From Thermodesulfobacteriota bacterium (GTDB lineage: Bacteria > Desulfobacterota_D > UBA1144 > Nemesobacterales > Mycalebacteriaceae): a stretch of 64,000 nt of DNA. The notes under the pieces are model-generated. The model was not told the origin of the DNA. It did not search any database and saw only the letters and a program-made list of their open reading frames with translations. The stretch is taken from the NCBI GenBank assembly GCA_965198945.1, contig CBDAQI010000013.1, positions 128,001 to 192,000 on the forward strand, in the 5' to 3' direction. The position numbers were made by a program, and so were the translations under genes. This document shows, one piece after another, positions 8,662 to 19,405 of this stretch (positions are counted from its first letter, which is position 1; every line of letters starts with the position of its first letter).

Positions 8662-11613
8662 TTATGATTGGGTCACCTTTTTGAGGTATGTAACGGCGGG
8701 TTTTGTATTAACTTCCTCAAAGATTTTGTAACCCCTGTCTTTATTAGACATAACGGAAACTTTGCTCTCGGGATCCAGCAGATTTCCGAATTCTATGGCA
8801 TTTGTTGCACAGGTCTGCTGACATGCCGTCATTATTTCTCCGTCTCTTATATCTCTGTTCTCGTCTTTTGCCATGTTATGAGAGTTTTGTATTCTCTGGA
8901 CGCAGAAACTGCATTTTTCCATAACCCCTTTGGTTCTTACCGTAACGTCGGGATTGAACTGCCAGTTAAGGGGCTCGGGGACTTTGTAAGTATACCAGTT
9001 AAACTTTCTTACTTTGTAGGTGCAGTTGTTTGAGCAGTATCTCGTGCCGACACAGCGGTTGTATATCATTCCGTTTAATCCTTCATAATTATGATAGGTC
9101 GCATAAACCGGACATACGGGCTCGCACGGGGCGTTTCCGCAATGCTGGCAGGGAATTGGAACAAAATGTGCGGTAAGTTCACCATTCGGATTTTTTTCAA
9201 AAAACCTGTCTATTCTCAGCCATGCCATATCCCTTCTGCGCGCAACCTGATCTTTACCGACAAAAGGTATGTTGTTCTCCGCATAGCATGCGGTTATACA
9301 AGCTCCGCAGCCAGTGCATTTAGACAGATCCACGGACATTCCCCATCTGTATTTTTCGTATTTCAGTTCGGGATAAAAATCAGGATGTTCTTCATGATGA
9401 TGTTCACCGTGTCCGCCTTTGTGTCCGAGATCTTTTATATCAACGGTTCGCGCCACTTCCCTTCCCTTTTGAGACTTGGTGTATTGTGTGCGAACTAGCA
9501 GACCGTCTCTGCCGGTTGGGGTTATTTTAACTTTTGTTGAAAACCAGGCGTAACCTCCTGATAAAGCGTCCAGAGAGGAAGACATTATCCGCATGGGATT
9601 TACACCCCTGCCTTTGGCATACCTGCCGTAGCTTTCATGGCCGAGACCAACCGGAACTGCGACTGTTTGCGGCTCTATGCCTTCACTGATAAAAACCTGT
9701 GTTTCAACGGAGCCGAAAGGAGATTCAATTTGTATGAAAGAGCCGTCGCGGAGATCCATTGTTTTTGCGGTTTCAGGGTTGATTTCCGCCCACGAATCCC
9801 AGACAACCGATGTCAGAGAGTCCGGGAGCTCCTGAAGCCAGGGCTTGTTGGCTCCTCTGCCGTCATATAATTTAGCCGTCGGAAAAGCCATCAAATACAT
9901 TTTCCCGTCACCTTCAAAATCATTTTCCCTCTCTGAAAAAGAGAACAGTCTCACTCTTCCCGAAAGTGAAACCTGAACATCTTCCACCGGAAGAGTAACT
10001 CCCCCCCTTTTCAGCGTCGCGCTCCAGAACTGTTCAAAAGGTTCCTCCGGAGAAAGGCTTTCCGCAATTTTTTTCCAGTAATCTCTCATGAAAGAATAGT
10101 AGTCTGGAACCGTAAAAAGAGATTTTGTCGCTTCGGTTTGTGCGCTTACTGAAATGAAAACATCGGCCGTCAGTTTGGTATTGAAAACCCTTGATACCGC
10201 AGGTTGCGTTATTCCGTGAAATTTTTTCCTCCCCCTGAAGTCTCCCCAGCTTTCAAGAGTATGATTGTCGGGAAGGATCAACGAACACAACTCGGCCGTT
10301 TCATCCATAAAAGGCGAAAAGCTAACCGTGAAAGGGACTTTTTTCATAGCATTTTCAAATCCCGCCGATTTTGGAAGAACAAACACCGGGTTTATTCCTC
10401 TTACAAGCAGAATATCAACCGCCCCGTCTTCCATATCTTTTATGAGGGAAAGAATACTTTTATAGGAGTCAGACTCGGAAATGGCGAGCGTATCTGAGAA
10501 ATCCGCCATTTCTTCCAGATTTCCTGATAGGTAGTTGATTATGTTTACAGCCACAAGCAGTTCGGTTGCGTTTGAAGAGGTAACCGCGGACCCGCCTCCG
10601 ATTGCAAGACTCTTTTTTGAGAGCATCTCTTCAGCTATTTCATTTATGGTTTTGACGGGAACGGATGTTTTTTCAGAGACATACCCGGGCGTATAATTGC
10701 TCACAAGTGATAACAGATAGTTTTCCGGAGCCTGTATTTTCCCGGCCATTACGTTTGCTATTCCGAGAGCCAGATAAATTTCCGTTCCGGGTTTGATCTG
10801 AATCATACGGTCGGCATTGGCGCCGGTCATTGACATTCTGGGTTCAATTTGAACCACTTTGCCCATTTTCCCTTCTTTGAGCGATCTTAATTCTCCAAAA
10901 CCCTTTGCGTTGGACACGGGAGAAAGCCATGTTTCAAGAAAATCCGCACCGAAAGAAAGCAGGTATTCAGCTTTTTCTATGTTGTAGGATGGTATTGAGT
11001 TCAATCCGAAAACAATTTCGTTCGCTTTTTTGATGGGTTCGTGAGAGAAAACATCATATAGATAGCGTTTTGCTCCGACCGTATCGGTCCAGGTTTGAAG
11101 CAGTTCTCCGTAAGAGCCGTTCAAGACTCCGTCAAGGTAAACTATGCGATCTCCCCTTCCTTGCGCCACAAGCTCTTGAATTTTATCGGAGAGCATTTTT
11201 TCACCATCTCTCCATGTGGTTGCGCGGAATTTCCCGTTTTCTTTTTTCAGGAGAGGAGACTTGATTCTGTCCGGATTATAAAGTCCTTCAAGAGATGCCT
11301 GCCCCGAAGCGCACAGAGCTCCCCCGTTTATGGGATTCTCCGGGTTGCCTTCAATTTTAATTGCGCGCCCTTCCCTGGTTTTAACGACAATTCCGCATCC
11401 CGAGGGACACTCAAGGCAGGTGCTTGAATAATAGTCCGGCACTCCGGGAATCGTGTTTTCCGGCGGAATTACATATGGAATAATCTGTTCAACAGGCTCT
11501 GAAGAACATCCGCCGGAAGCTACGGCGGCACCACCGGTCAAGCCCATAACTTTAAGAAAATCGCGTCTGCTTATTTCCGGATTGCTATCTTTATTTTTTA
11601 TCTTTTCAGACAA
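8662..11613 (-). CDS. actB: Alternative complex III subunit B (molybdopterin-oxidoreductase-like domain fused to Fe-S domain)
   Basis: Tat motif SRRDFLK followed by a Cys; EGRAIKIEGNP; WLQELPD; CTGCGAC, CQHCGNAPCEPVCP, CVGTRYCSNNC, CSFC clusters. Confidence 0.93.
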   Translation of the reverse strand: MSEKIKNKDSNPEISRRDFLKVMGLTGGAAVASGGCSSEPVEQIIPYVIPPENTIPGVPDYYSSTCLECPSGCGIVVKTREGRAIKIEGNPENPINGGALCASGQASLEGLYNPDRIKSPLLKKENGKFRATTWRDGEKMLSDKIQELVAQGRGDRIVYLDGVLNGSYGELLQTWTDTVGAKRYLYDVFSHEPIKKANEIVFGLNSIPSYNIEKAEYLLSFGADFLETWLSPVSNAKGFGELRSLKEGKMGKVVQIEPRMSMTGANADRMIQIKPGTEIYLALGIANVMAGKIQAPENYLLSLVSNYTPGYVSEKTSVPVKTINEIAEEMLSKKSLAIGGGSAVTSSNATELLVAVNIINYLSGNLEEMADFSDTLAISESDSYKSILSLIKDMEDGAVDILLVRGINPVFVLPKSAGFENAMKKVPFTVSFSPFMDETAELCSLILPDNHTLESWGDFRGRKKFHGITQPAVSRVFNTKLTADVFISVSAQTEATKSLFTVPDYYSFMRDYWKKIAESLSPEEPFEQFWSATLKRGGVTLPVEDVQVSLSGRVRLFSFSERENDFEGDGKMYLMAFPTAKLYDGRGANKPWLQELPDSLTSVVWDSWAEINPETAKTMDLRDGSFIQIESPFGSVETQVFISEGIEPQTVAVPVGLGHESYGRYAKGRGVNPMRIMSSSLDALSGGYAWFSTKVKITPTGRDGLLVRTQYTKSQKGREVARTVDIKDLGHKGGHGEHHHEEHPDFYPELKYEKYRWGMSVDLSKCTGCGACITACYAENNIPFVGKDQVARRRDMAWLRIDRFFEKNPNGELTAHFVPIPCQHCGNAPCEPVCPVYATYHNYEGLNGMIYNRCVGTRYCSNNCTYKVRKFNWYTYKVPEPLNWQFNPDVTVRTKGVMEKCSFCVQRIQNSHNMAKDENRDIRDGEIMTACQQTCATNAIEFGNLLDPESKVSVMSNKDRGYKIFEEVNTKPAVTYLKKVTQS

Positions 11614-11634
11614 ATTTTCCTCCGATTTCCATTA

Positions 11635-12210
11635 TTAGTAGTGGCAGGTCAGACAGTCCATCAGCCTCTGGCTTTGATGCTTGTCCGCCTCTTCTGCCCT
11701 TTCTTTGTGGCAACTTATGCAAAACCCCATATTAAGTCTTTCAGCTTTCCTCACAACATCCATTTTTTCAACTTCGCCATGGCAGGTTTTGCATTCAATA
11801 CCCTGTTTGATATGGCGTTTGTGGTTGAACTGCACATGGTCCGCCATCGGAGAAACCTTAACCCATGGTATCGGCTCTTTTCTTTCCCAGTATTGCCTTA
11901 CTTTGGCTATTTCGCTGCGCAGATTGATAACGGTTCCGTCATCAGCCTTATATTCAATATCTCTTCCCTGAATATGGGTATGACATCCCATACATTTCTG
12001 AACGGAAGGAATGCCCGGACTGGTTGAGACGTCAACATAGCTGTGGCAAGTCCTGCACTCTATCTGATTTTCTCCGACGTGTATTTTGTGACTGAAAAGA
12101 ATTGGCTGTTTAGGCCCCTTTTCCGCAATACTTTCTTTCAAAAAAACTGTTAGTGAAAGCCCGCAGATTACAGCAGAAAACAAAAAGACCTTTTCCAGAT
12201 TCAGTTTCAT
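11635..12210 (-). CDS. actA: Alternative complex III pentaheme cytochrome c subunit A
   Basis: QPILFSHKIH; five CxxCH motifs (CRTCH, CMGCH, CKTCH, CISCH, CLTCH). Confidence 0.93.
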   Translation of the reverse strand: MKLNLEKVFLFSAVICGLSLTVFLKESIAEKGPKQPILFSHKIHVGENQIECRTCHSYVDVSTSPGIPSVQKCMGCHTHIQGRDIEYKADDGTVINLRSEIAKVRQYWERKEPIPWVKVSPMADHVQFNHKRHIKQGIECKTCHGEVEKMDVVRKAERLNMGFCISCHKERAEEADKHQSQRLMDCLTCHY

Positions 12211-12299
12211 CTAAGGGTGAAAGTCGCGATATTGCTCTCGCGCTTAATGCTCGGAATTGTAATCCTTAGGCAGGTAAATTAACACAACTGAACGACCTG

Positions 12300-13076
12300 T
12301 CAAATGGAAGTTTTTTTGCGGCCGCCGGGCATTTCTTTTTCATCAAGCAACCCTGACAAATCCGATGTGAAAAATAAGCGGCAGTCTTTTTTGTCCAGTT
12401 CACCTGTTTTTCCCGATTCAACATCCAGCCCCGGGAAAAAAGGTATGATTCCAACAATCTTTTCTGTAAGCTGCCCCGCGCTGTTCAAAAAAAGGAGGTT
12501 TCTCTGCTCGCACATCTTCTCTTCCCGGGGATATCCGCATATCACCACCCCGGCAATTTCAAGCTTTCTCGCCCTTGCCGCTTCAACCGTCAGAAGTGTG
12601 TGGTTTAGTGTCCCAAGACCGGCCCTTGCGACTATAATAGTTTTGAACCCAAGGTCCAGAGCAAAATCTGCCATGAAGTAGTTCTTCTCTATTGGAACAA
12701 GCAGGCCGCCCGCACCTTCAACAATCACCGCATCGTGAGTTGCCGCTTCTGATTCAACGATCTTTAGAATCTTTTCTATGCTAAACTCGGAATTCTCAAT
12801 TTCAGCCGCGAACATGGGCGCCAGAGGCTCTTTCAAACGATAGGGACTTGATACTTCGGGCTTGAAGTTTTTCTTTGTGACACGGTGAACAAAGTCCGCA
12901 TCTGAAACAATATCTCCCGAACAACCGGTCTGGAAAGGTTTGATCATTGAGACCGTTCCGCCGGTTTGCATGAGGCAGCGTGCAAGCGCGGCGCTGGCAA
13001 CGGTTTTCCCCGCGCCGGTGTCTGTTCCGGTAATAAAAAAAAGTGATTTTGCCTTTTCTGAGTTTTGTTCGGACAA
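12300..13076 (-). CDS. bioD: Dethiobiotin synthase
   Basis: FITGTDTGAGKT, KPFQTG, VEGAGGLLVP, LGTLNHTLLT. Confidence 0.95.
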   Translation of the reverse strand: MSEQNSEKAKSLFFITGTDTGAGKTVASAALARCLMQTGGTVSMIKPFQTGCSGDIVSDADFVHRVTKKNFKPEVSSPYRLKEPLAPMFAAEIENSEFSIEKILKIVESEAATHDAVIVEGAGGLLVPIEKNYFMADFALDLGFKTIIVARAGLGTLNHTLLTVEAARARKLEIAGVVICGYPREEKMCEQRNLLFLNSAGQLTEKIVGIIPFFPGLDVESGKTGELDKKDCRLFFTSDLSGLLDEKEMPGGRKKTSI

Positions 13077-13080
13077 ATAA

Positions 13081-13539
13081 TTAAAGGGAAAGCTCTTCTA
13101 TTTTTTTCAGTATTTCATCACCGTGTGAATGAGTGTCAACCTTATTCCAGATGTGTCTTATATTTCCATCGGAATCCACAAGAAATGTAACACGCCGCGC
13201 CGTGCCCGCGGGGCTAACGACACCGTATAAATTGATGATTTTTCCGTCATTGTCACTGACGAGAGGATAATTGAGATTTTGTTTGTCTCTGAACCCTTCG
13301 TGAGACTTTACGCTGTCAGTGCTTACCCCTATAACGCTCAAACCCCTTTCCCTTATCATACTTTCATTGTCTCTTATTGAGCAGGCTTCCCTTGTGCAGC
13401 CGGGTGTGTTATTTCTCGGATAAAAACATATCGCCACTCCGCCTGCGGCGATGATTTCCGAAAGGCTGATTGTTTCCCCGCCATATATTTCAGCTTCAAA
13501 AAGTGGCGCCTTATCTCCGACTTTTAGTTTTTTGCTCAT
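13081..13539 (-). CDS. bcp: BCP/PrxQ peroxiredoxin
   Basis: FYPRNNTPGCTREAC; ATG at 13539 preceded by GAGGAG. Confidence 0.9.
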   Translation of the reverse strand: MSKKLKVGDKAPLFEAEIYGGETISLSEIIAAGGVAICFYPRNNTPGCTREACSIRDNESMIRERGLSVIGVSTDSVKSHEGFRDKQNLNYPLVSDNDGKIINLYGVVSPAGTARRVTFLVDSDGNIRHIWNKVDTHSHGDEILKKIEELSL

Positions 13540-13555
13540 AGACTCCTCACCTTCC

Positions 13556-13888
13556 CTATATGTTAAAACTTTCCCTGGCGGCTTCACTCATCATTTCCGG
13601 ACTCCATGGGGGGTCCCAGACGACTTCCACATCGGCTTTCTCCACGCCTTCAATCTCCGCCGTAAGCATTTTGGCCTCAGCAACTATCTGCCCCGCAGCC
13701 GGGCATCCGGGAGAAGTCATTGTCATCAGGATTTTTACCTCGCCTCCATTGATCTCAACTTTGTATACAAGCCCCAGGTTTACAATGTCAACCGGGATTT
13801 CCGGGTCGTATATGTTCCCAAGAATTTCAAACACCTTCTGTTCCGTAACGGCTGCTTCCGTTGATTCTTTTTCTTCTTTTTCGGCCAT
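13556..13888 (-). CDS. DUF59/SufT-like metal-sulfur cluster assembly factor
   Basis: IYDPEIPVDIVNLGLVY, MTMTSPGCP, VWDPPWSPEMMSEAAR. Confidence 0.92.
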   Translation of the reverse strand: MAEKEEKESTEAAVTEQKVFEILGNIYDPEIPVDIVNLGLVYKVEINGGEVKILMTMTSPGCPAAGQIVAEAKMLTAEIEGVEKADVEVVWDPPWSPEMMSEAARESFNI

Positions 13889-13898
13889 TTTTTCTTTT

Positions 13899-14408
13899 CT
13901 ATGAAGAAAGCGACTTGACAGTTTTAAGAACTTTCTCGTAGTCCGGGTGCTCGGCAATCTCTTTTACATATTCCGCGTAACGGACAACATCGTTTTCGTC
14001 AACAACAAATACCGCCCTTGCAAGAAGGCGGTTTTCTTTTATGAGAACCCCGTAGGATTTTCCAAAAGAAGCTTCCTGATGGTCGCTCAAATGCGATATG
14101 CCTTTAATCCCGGCTTCTTTCATATGGCGGGTCTGCGCAAACGGAAGATCCATACTGACCGTAACAACTTCAACATTCTCCGGAAGAGTTTTCACTTCTT
14201 CAGAGAAACGTTTTGTCTGAATGTCGCAGACGGGTGTGTCTACGGAAACAACCACGTTGAATATTTTCACCTTACCCGAAAAGTCTCCGAGTGACTTCCT
14301 GACTCCGGGACCCGCAAAAGACATAAACTCCGGGGCTTTGTCCCCGACTTTAACTTCTTCTCCGACAAGGGTCAGAGGATTTCCCTTCATTGTTATATTT
14401 CTTGACAT
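13899..14408 (-). CDS. tpx: Thiol peroxidase
   Basis: SVDTPVCDIQTKRF, SMDLPFAQ, LLARAVFVVD, HPDY. Confidence 0.93.
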   Translation of the reverse strand: MSRNITMKGNPLTLVGEEVKVGDKAPEFMSFAGPGVRKSLGDFSGKVKIFNVVVSVDTPVCDIQTKRFSEEVKTLPENVEVVTVSMDLPFAQTRHMKEAGIKGISHLSDHQEASFGKSYGVLIKENRLLARAVFVVDENDVVRYAEYVKEIAEHPDYEKVLKTVKSLSS

Positions 14409-14493
14409 TGCGATTCCTTATTGAGCATAATGCATTTTCATACATTTTACAGGAGAATCTCCTTCATTCAATTATAAAATCCCAACAGTCTTT

Positions 14494-15261
14494 ATGATTA
14501 ACAAAATTGCAGTTTTAACTTTCTCTGTTTTCATGATTCTGCTTGCGCCTGAGAGCTCGCATTCGTCCGGAAAAGCGGATGAAATCATGCGTCAGGTTTA
14601 TGAGCAGAGCCGTGTTCATAAAAGTCAGAGAATGGACATAGAGATGGATATTAAGGATCCAAAGGGGCGAAAGCGCGCCCGTTTTTTCAGGGTGCTTTAC
14701 AAAATTGATGACGGCAAAACAAAAAGCCTGATGCGTTTTTACAAACCGACTGACATAAAGGGAACCGGTTTGTTCAATGTAATTTATGACCACGAAGACA
14801 AAGAGAGCGACCAATGGATATATTTTCCAGCTTTCAGAACCGTGAAAAAACTAAGTGTTGAAGAAAAACATCAGAGTTTCATGGGGTCGGATTTTACCAA
14901 CTCAGACATTGCTGGAAGAAAACCAAGTGAAGACACTCACACGCTTGTGGAACCCGGTGAAGAAATTTCCGTTGTTTCAAGCGTTCCAAAGGATCCCGAA
15001 GAACCGTATTCAAAAATTGAGAGTCACATACTCAACAGAATAAAAGTTCCTGAAAAAGTTCTTTTCTATGACCGTTCCGGCAGACTGCTTAAAAGTCTGA
15101 ACAGTAAAAAGATTGTAAAAATTGAAGGAATGTATGTTATCGTAGAGGCGGAAATGGAAAACCATCTGTCCGGCGGTTCCACATACATAATGAAAAGATC
15201 AATTGACTTCAAAAAAATCAAATCCGGTGATGTCACCGTTTCCAAACTTCAAAACAGGTAG
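14494..15261 (+). CDS. Outer-membrane lipoprotein-sorting (LolA-like) periplasmic protein
   Basis: Signal peptide; F..P.DIKGTG, DQWIYFPA, SFMGSDF, FYD..G.LLK motifs of the LolA_like family. Confidence 0.85.
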   Translation: MINKIAVLTFSVFMILLAPESSHSSGKADEIMRQVYEQSRVHKSQRMDIEMDIKDPKGRKRARFFRVLYKIDDGKTKSLMRFYKPTDIKGTGLFNVIYDHEDKESDQWIYFPAFRTVKKLSVEEKHQSFMGSDFTNSDIAGRKPSEDTHTLVEPGEEISVVSSVPKDPEEPYSKIESHILNRIKVPEKVLFYDRSGRLLKSLNSKKIVKIEGMYVIVEAEMENHLSGGSTYIMKRSIDFKKIKSGDVTVSKLQNR

Positions 15262-15270
15262 GCCAATCAA

Positions 15271-16847
15271 ATGAAAAAACAGGTTTTCTCCCGCATTAAG
15301 TTAAGCGTTTTGATGTTTTGCTCTTTTTTATTTTTGACCGCGGGTTTTTCAACCGCACAGGAAAAAGACGGCTCCAGTCTTATAATTGAAAAAGACGGAT
15401 ATGAACAGGAAAAGAGAGGCGTTCTTGAAAGCGTCAGAGAGTATGTATTTTTGAATTTCGGGGCCCTGACCACTCCCCTCAGGCAGAACAAAAGATATCT
15501 GATACTGGGGAGCGGCGGAATTGATTTCTCAACCGATAAATTTCAGGCATATGCCGAGGGCACTGTCTGGAAAGAGCAGGTTCAGTTCAGGCAGGAAAGG
15601 GTCGGCGCATGCGGCGGCGGTTCGCCGTCCTGTCCTCAGACAAGAGACATTAAAGTTAAAAATGATGAGGCGGAAGTTTCCGAAGCATATGTCTCTTTTT
15701 CTCCCATTCCGCAGTTCAATGTGAAAGTTGGAAGGCGGAAAGTTATCTGGGGGCAGTTTGATGTGTTTTCACCGGTGTTTTTCACTCTTCCCGTCACCAC
15801 CCAGAACGTATCCACCAACTTTTCAAAAGTGAATTACGCGCTTGCTCAAGACAATGTGCAAGTGTCTCTTATCCCTCATGAGCGTATTGAACTTCAAGGC
15901 TACTTTTTTTGAACACCATCATCAATCCTCTGGTTGCGGACTATGCGAGACAAGAGTTCAATATCAGAAGAAAAGACCTGCAGAATCACAATCAATATGC
16001 GGGGCGCGTTATCTTTTATCCGGATTGGGCGACTATCGCCCTTACATACTACAATGGAAGAAACAGTTTTTTCATCAGCGATCTTGAAACTTTGGTGAGA
16101 GAAAACGGAGCATACACCGGAGCAAGCCGTCATAATGCCGGACTTGCGGAACTGAAATCTTATTCAATTGAAGCTTCAGTGCCGAGAGGGAGGTGGAATT
16201 TTATAGCCGAACTTTCCTAAAGAGAAAGCAAAGAGGATTTTGATTCCAGATTTAGTGGGGGCGAGGTTGGCGATGCGGATTTCATTACGACACAGCCGGC
16301 GACAGATGACACTCCCACACAGGCTTTTTTCAGATGGGTTTCACAAAATAACGGAGGCAGGCTTTACGGCGAGTCCGAGGCTTTCTTCGGCGGTCTCGGA
16401 TTCAATTACAACGCCGAAAAATGGATGCTTGAACTTCCCGGCTATTTTTTTGACGAGAATTACAAGGGAAGCGCTAAAACGGGCGCCAGACTGTCAAAAG
16501 CATATGACAAAGGTTCCGCAGACATAATTGATGAAGGGCTTTTAGCCGCTCCGTTTCTCAATGCCGCTTATTTCGTAACCGATGACAAAAAGAATTTTGT
16601 GGGACTCACCGCCGGATTCCTTGGCTCCATAGCCGCCGGAGTAAGCCTTTATGGCGTTGCCACGATTGACAGATTTGACTATCTCGGAGCCGGAACTCTG
16701 CAGCTGGTTGCCGGGTTGGATTTCCTTACTTATTTTGCTGACAGTGAACTCAGCGAGTTGAATGAAATAACTGAAGACGGAACGAGATATGACCTTGATG
16801 ATGGCTTGGATATATCTCCGCGTTTTGGAATTATATGGAGATTCTAA
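15271..16847 (+). pseudogene. Probable outer-membrane beta-barrel (DUF1302-like), broken by a frameshift at the T run near 15904-15910 and an in-frame TAA at 16218-16220
   Basis: Signal peptide, EAYVSF..VKVGRRKVIWG..D.FSP motif, C-terminal GIIWRF; ORFs 15909..16220 and 16425..16847 are in one frame separated only by that TAA. Confidence 0.7.
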
Positions 16848-16848
16848 T

Positions 16849-19125
16849 CTGCTTAAAAGAATTTTCCTTGTTTTCTGGTTCACAGTCTTTTGCGCCATAA
16901 CCGCATTTTCATTTGACCTGAAATTTGACAGTGATCGGTGGCTTTCCCCCGACCATCCCATTGAAAAACAGATTGAATATCTGGATGAAGAGTTTGAGAA
17001 GGGAGAGACTCTGTTTCTTATTGTTCCGCTGGAGAAAAACTTTTTTTCCATTCCTGATATTTTCCCTTCCATTGAATCTTTTGAAAAACGACTTTCCGGC
17101 CTTCCGGGAGTCATAAAATCCGTCTCGCCGCTTTCCGCAAAAACAGCCGTTCAGAAAGACGGAACTCTTCAAATACGCAGTTTTTCAAGCGCCCTTCAAA
17201 CCGGCGCCATAACAGACATCAGACAATTTCAGAAACTTTTCGCCTCAAGCCCGTATGAGGGAAAACTTCTTTCCGGAGACGGCAAAACAATGGCAATACA
17301 GATGAAAGTTGACACACGAAGCCATGCGGAGCGGAGAAACAAATTAGTTGAAAGCATTGAAGAGAAAATTGGAAAATCGCCCTTCCCTTCGGTTCTTCTG
17401 GCAGGAGACGCAGCTCTGAAAGCCGAGATAAACCGTAATGTCAGAAACGAAATTTTTCCGCTTCTTGCCGCGGGCGCCTGTGTAATAGCGGTTTTTCTTA
17501 TTGTTTTTATACGCAGCATTTTTCAAGTTGTGGTTCTGATGTCATGCCTTATGGTTGCGACATTGCAGTCTATGGCAACGATTAATTTTCTCGGACATGC
17601 GCTTACGCCCGTAAGCCTCTCTCTGCCCCTTATGGTGGCGATAATCGTGATTGCGGACGGGCTGCATATTTTTTCAATATGGGACGGGGAAACCGCAGCC
17701 GGCAGCCTAAACCCTTTGCGTTCAACAATTGGGAAAACATGGCTTCCGTGCCTAATAACCAGTTTGACAAGCGCCGTCGGTTTCGGCGCTTTCTCAATAA
17801 GCGAAATTGTTCCCGTAAGCAATTTCGGAATAGACTCTATCGTTGCCATTTCCGTTTGTTATCCTCTTCTTGTTTCAACCGTGTGGGGGGCTTTGTGGAT
17901 TTTTCCCGCGGCCATGCTGCGGAAACCATCAAAAGGCGGCAGGAGAATCACATCAACTACACTGCGTTTTTCTTCAAAATTCTCGAGACGACCGGAAAAA
18001 ACCGCTTTGGTATTTACGATTTTTTCATTGCTGTTGGGTTTATCGCTTTTCTACGCGGAGACGGAGACAAATTTTCTGAATGTTCTGTTCAAAAAATCAA
18101 GCCGCATATCGGAAGCCTTCGGTGAGGCTGACCGGAAGCTGGGAGGTTCCGGCTCGCTTGAAGTTGTTATTGACGGCAAAAACCCCGATTTTTTTCGCGG
18201 GATTAAAAATTTCAACCGCTTGAAAAAACTTGTCGGGAGCATGAACTCAAACTCTCTCGTCAATGATTCGGATACATAACTGTCCCCTGTTGGCATAGTT
18301 CACCGCCCTCTTGCGGAAACTGAAGACTCCGTTTTACCGGTCAGCACAGAAGAACTCGCTCAGGAACTTTTCTTTCTTGAACTTTCGCGTGGAGAGCGCG
18401 AGAAAGACCTTTTAAGCCCTTATCTCAATTTTGATTTTTCAATGGCTCGGATGGAGGTGCAAACTCCAAATCTTGGTTCTTCAAGTCTCAGTTCTCTTAT
18501 TGATTTGGCCCGCGAACGGTCATCAGAAATTTTCCCTGACGTGCGTATTGTTGTTACCGGGTCCAGCGCATATATACACAGCTTGAGCAGTTATGTGATT
18601 TCAATCCAAATAAGGAGTTTTGGATTGACTCTGGGAATTATAGCGCTTTTTTTCATTTTGATTTTTGGAGCCCGTCTCGGCATGGCCGGGTTTATTTCAA
18701 ATCTGTTTCCCGTTCTTATTTCAAGCGGGTCAATGTCTTTGCTTGGAGTGCCTTTTGATTTTGCCACCATTCTGGTTGCGGGAGTCACACTGGGTTTGAG
18801 CTTGGATGATTCCGTGCATTTTCTTCACCATTACAAAATGAACATGAAAGAATTTCCAAAAGCCCGGGACTGTGCGCAAAAAAGCCTTTCTATTGTCACA
18901 AGACCCATTGTTCTCACGAGTCTGCTTTTTTGCGCCGCTCTGTTGGTTTTATGTTTTTCAAACCTTGTTGTGATGGTTAAGTTTGCGATTTTTACAATCG
19001 CCGGTCTTTCGGCCGCTATGTTGTCAGCTGTTATTTTTCTTCCCGCGTTCGTGGAAATTTTCTGCCGCAAGTCGGGAAAAACGGCTTCTGCTGAGGTTAA
19101 TTCCCGTCCCGGCACTCACGGTTGA
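16849..19125 (+). pseudogene. MMPL/RND-family transporter with an in-frame TAA at 18277-18279
   Basis: Two RND repeats (IADGLH..PCLITSLTSAVGF; LGLSLDDSVHFL..PIVLTS); frame continuous across the TAA; likely start CTG at 16849 after GGAG. Confidence 0.82.
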
Positions 19126-19405
19126 TTCTGTCGGCGCCCATTTTTGCATCAATCATAGCAAACACCGTCAGCAGCAGCCCGGCGAGCATATAGCCCCAGA
19201 AAATGTTTTTATCATTCCCGGAAATCTGTTTTTCCATGGCTTGCCTGAGAAGATCTCTGTTCAGAAAGCCGATGAGAAAGTTTAACCCCAAAAGCAGAAA
19301 TCCTCTGATGAAAAACTCATTGTATATATGGCCGATCCCAGGAACTATCGCGGAAAGTATCAGGGCAAGCCACGGTTTTTTCTTTCTTGCTTTTATCGGT
19401 TCCAT
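19097..19405 (-). CDS. Small membrane protein, hypothetical
   Basis: KKPWLALILSAIVPGIGHIY motif and three hydrophobic segments; overlaps the trpC stop. Confidence 0.7.
   Translation of the reverse strand: MEPIKARKKKPWLALILSAIVPGIGHIYNEFFIRGFLLLGLNFLIGFLNRDLLRQAMEKQISGNDKNIFWGYMLAGLLLTVFAMIDAKMGADRINRECRDGN

Noticed and set aside
8662..11613. ActB as a catalytic molybdoenzyme or the sulfate-reducer Qrc complex
   Set aside because: The fused B1/B2 architecture plus actD, actE and actF identify ACIII; Qrc has four subunits.
1482..18279. Stop-codon reassignment or selenocysteine as the explanation for the in-frame TGA/TAA codons
   Set aside because: TGA, TAA and TAG all end intact core genes in this window, Trp uses TGG with a tRNA-Trp(CCA), only three accessory codons are affected, and I see no convincing SECIS after the MarC TGA.
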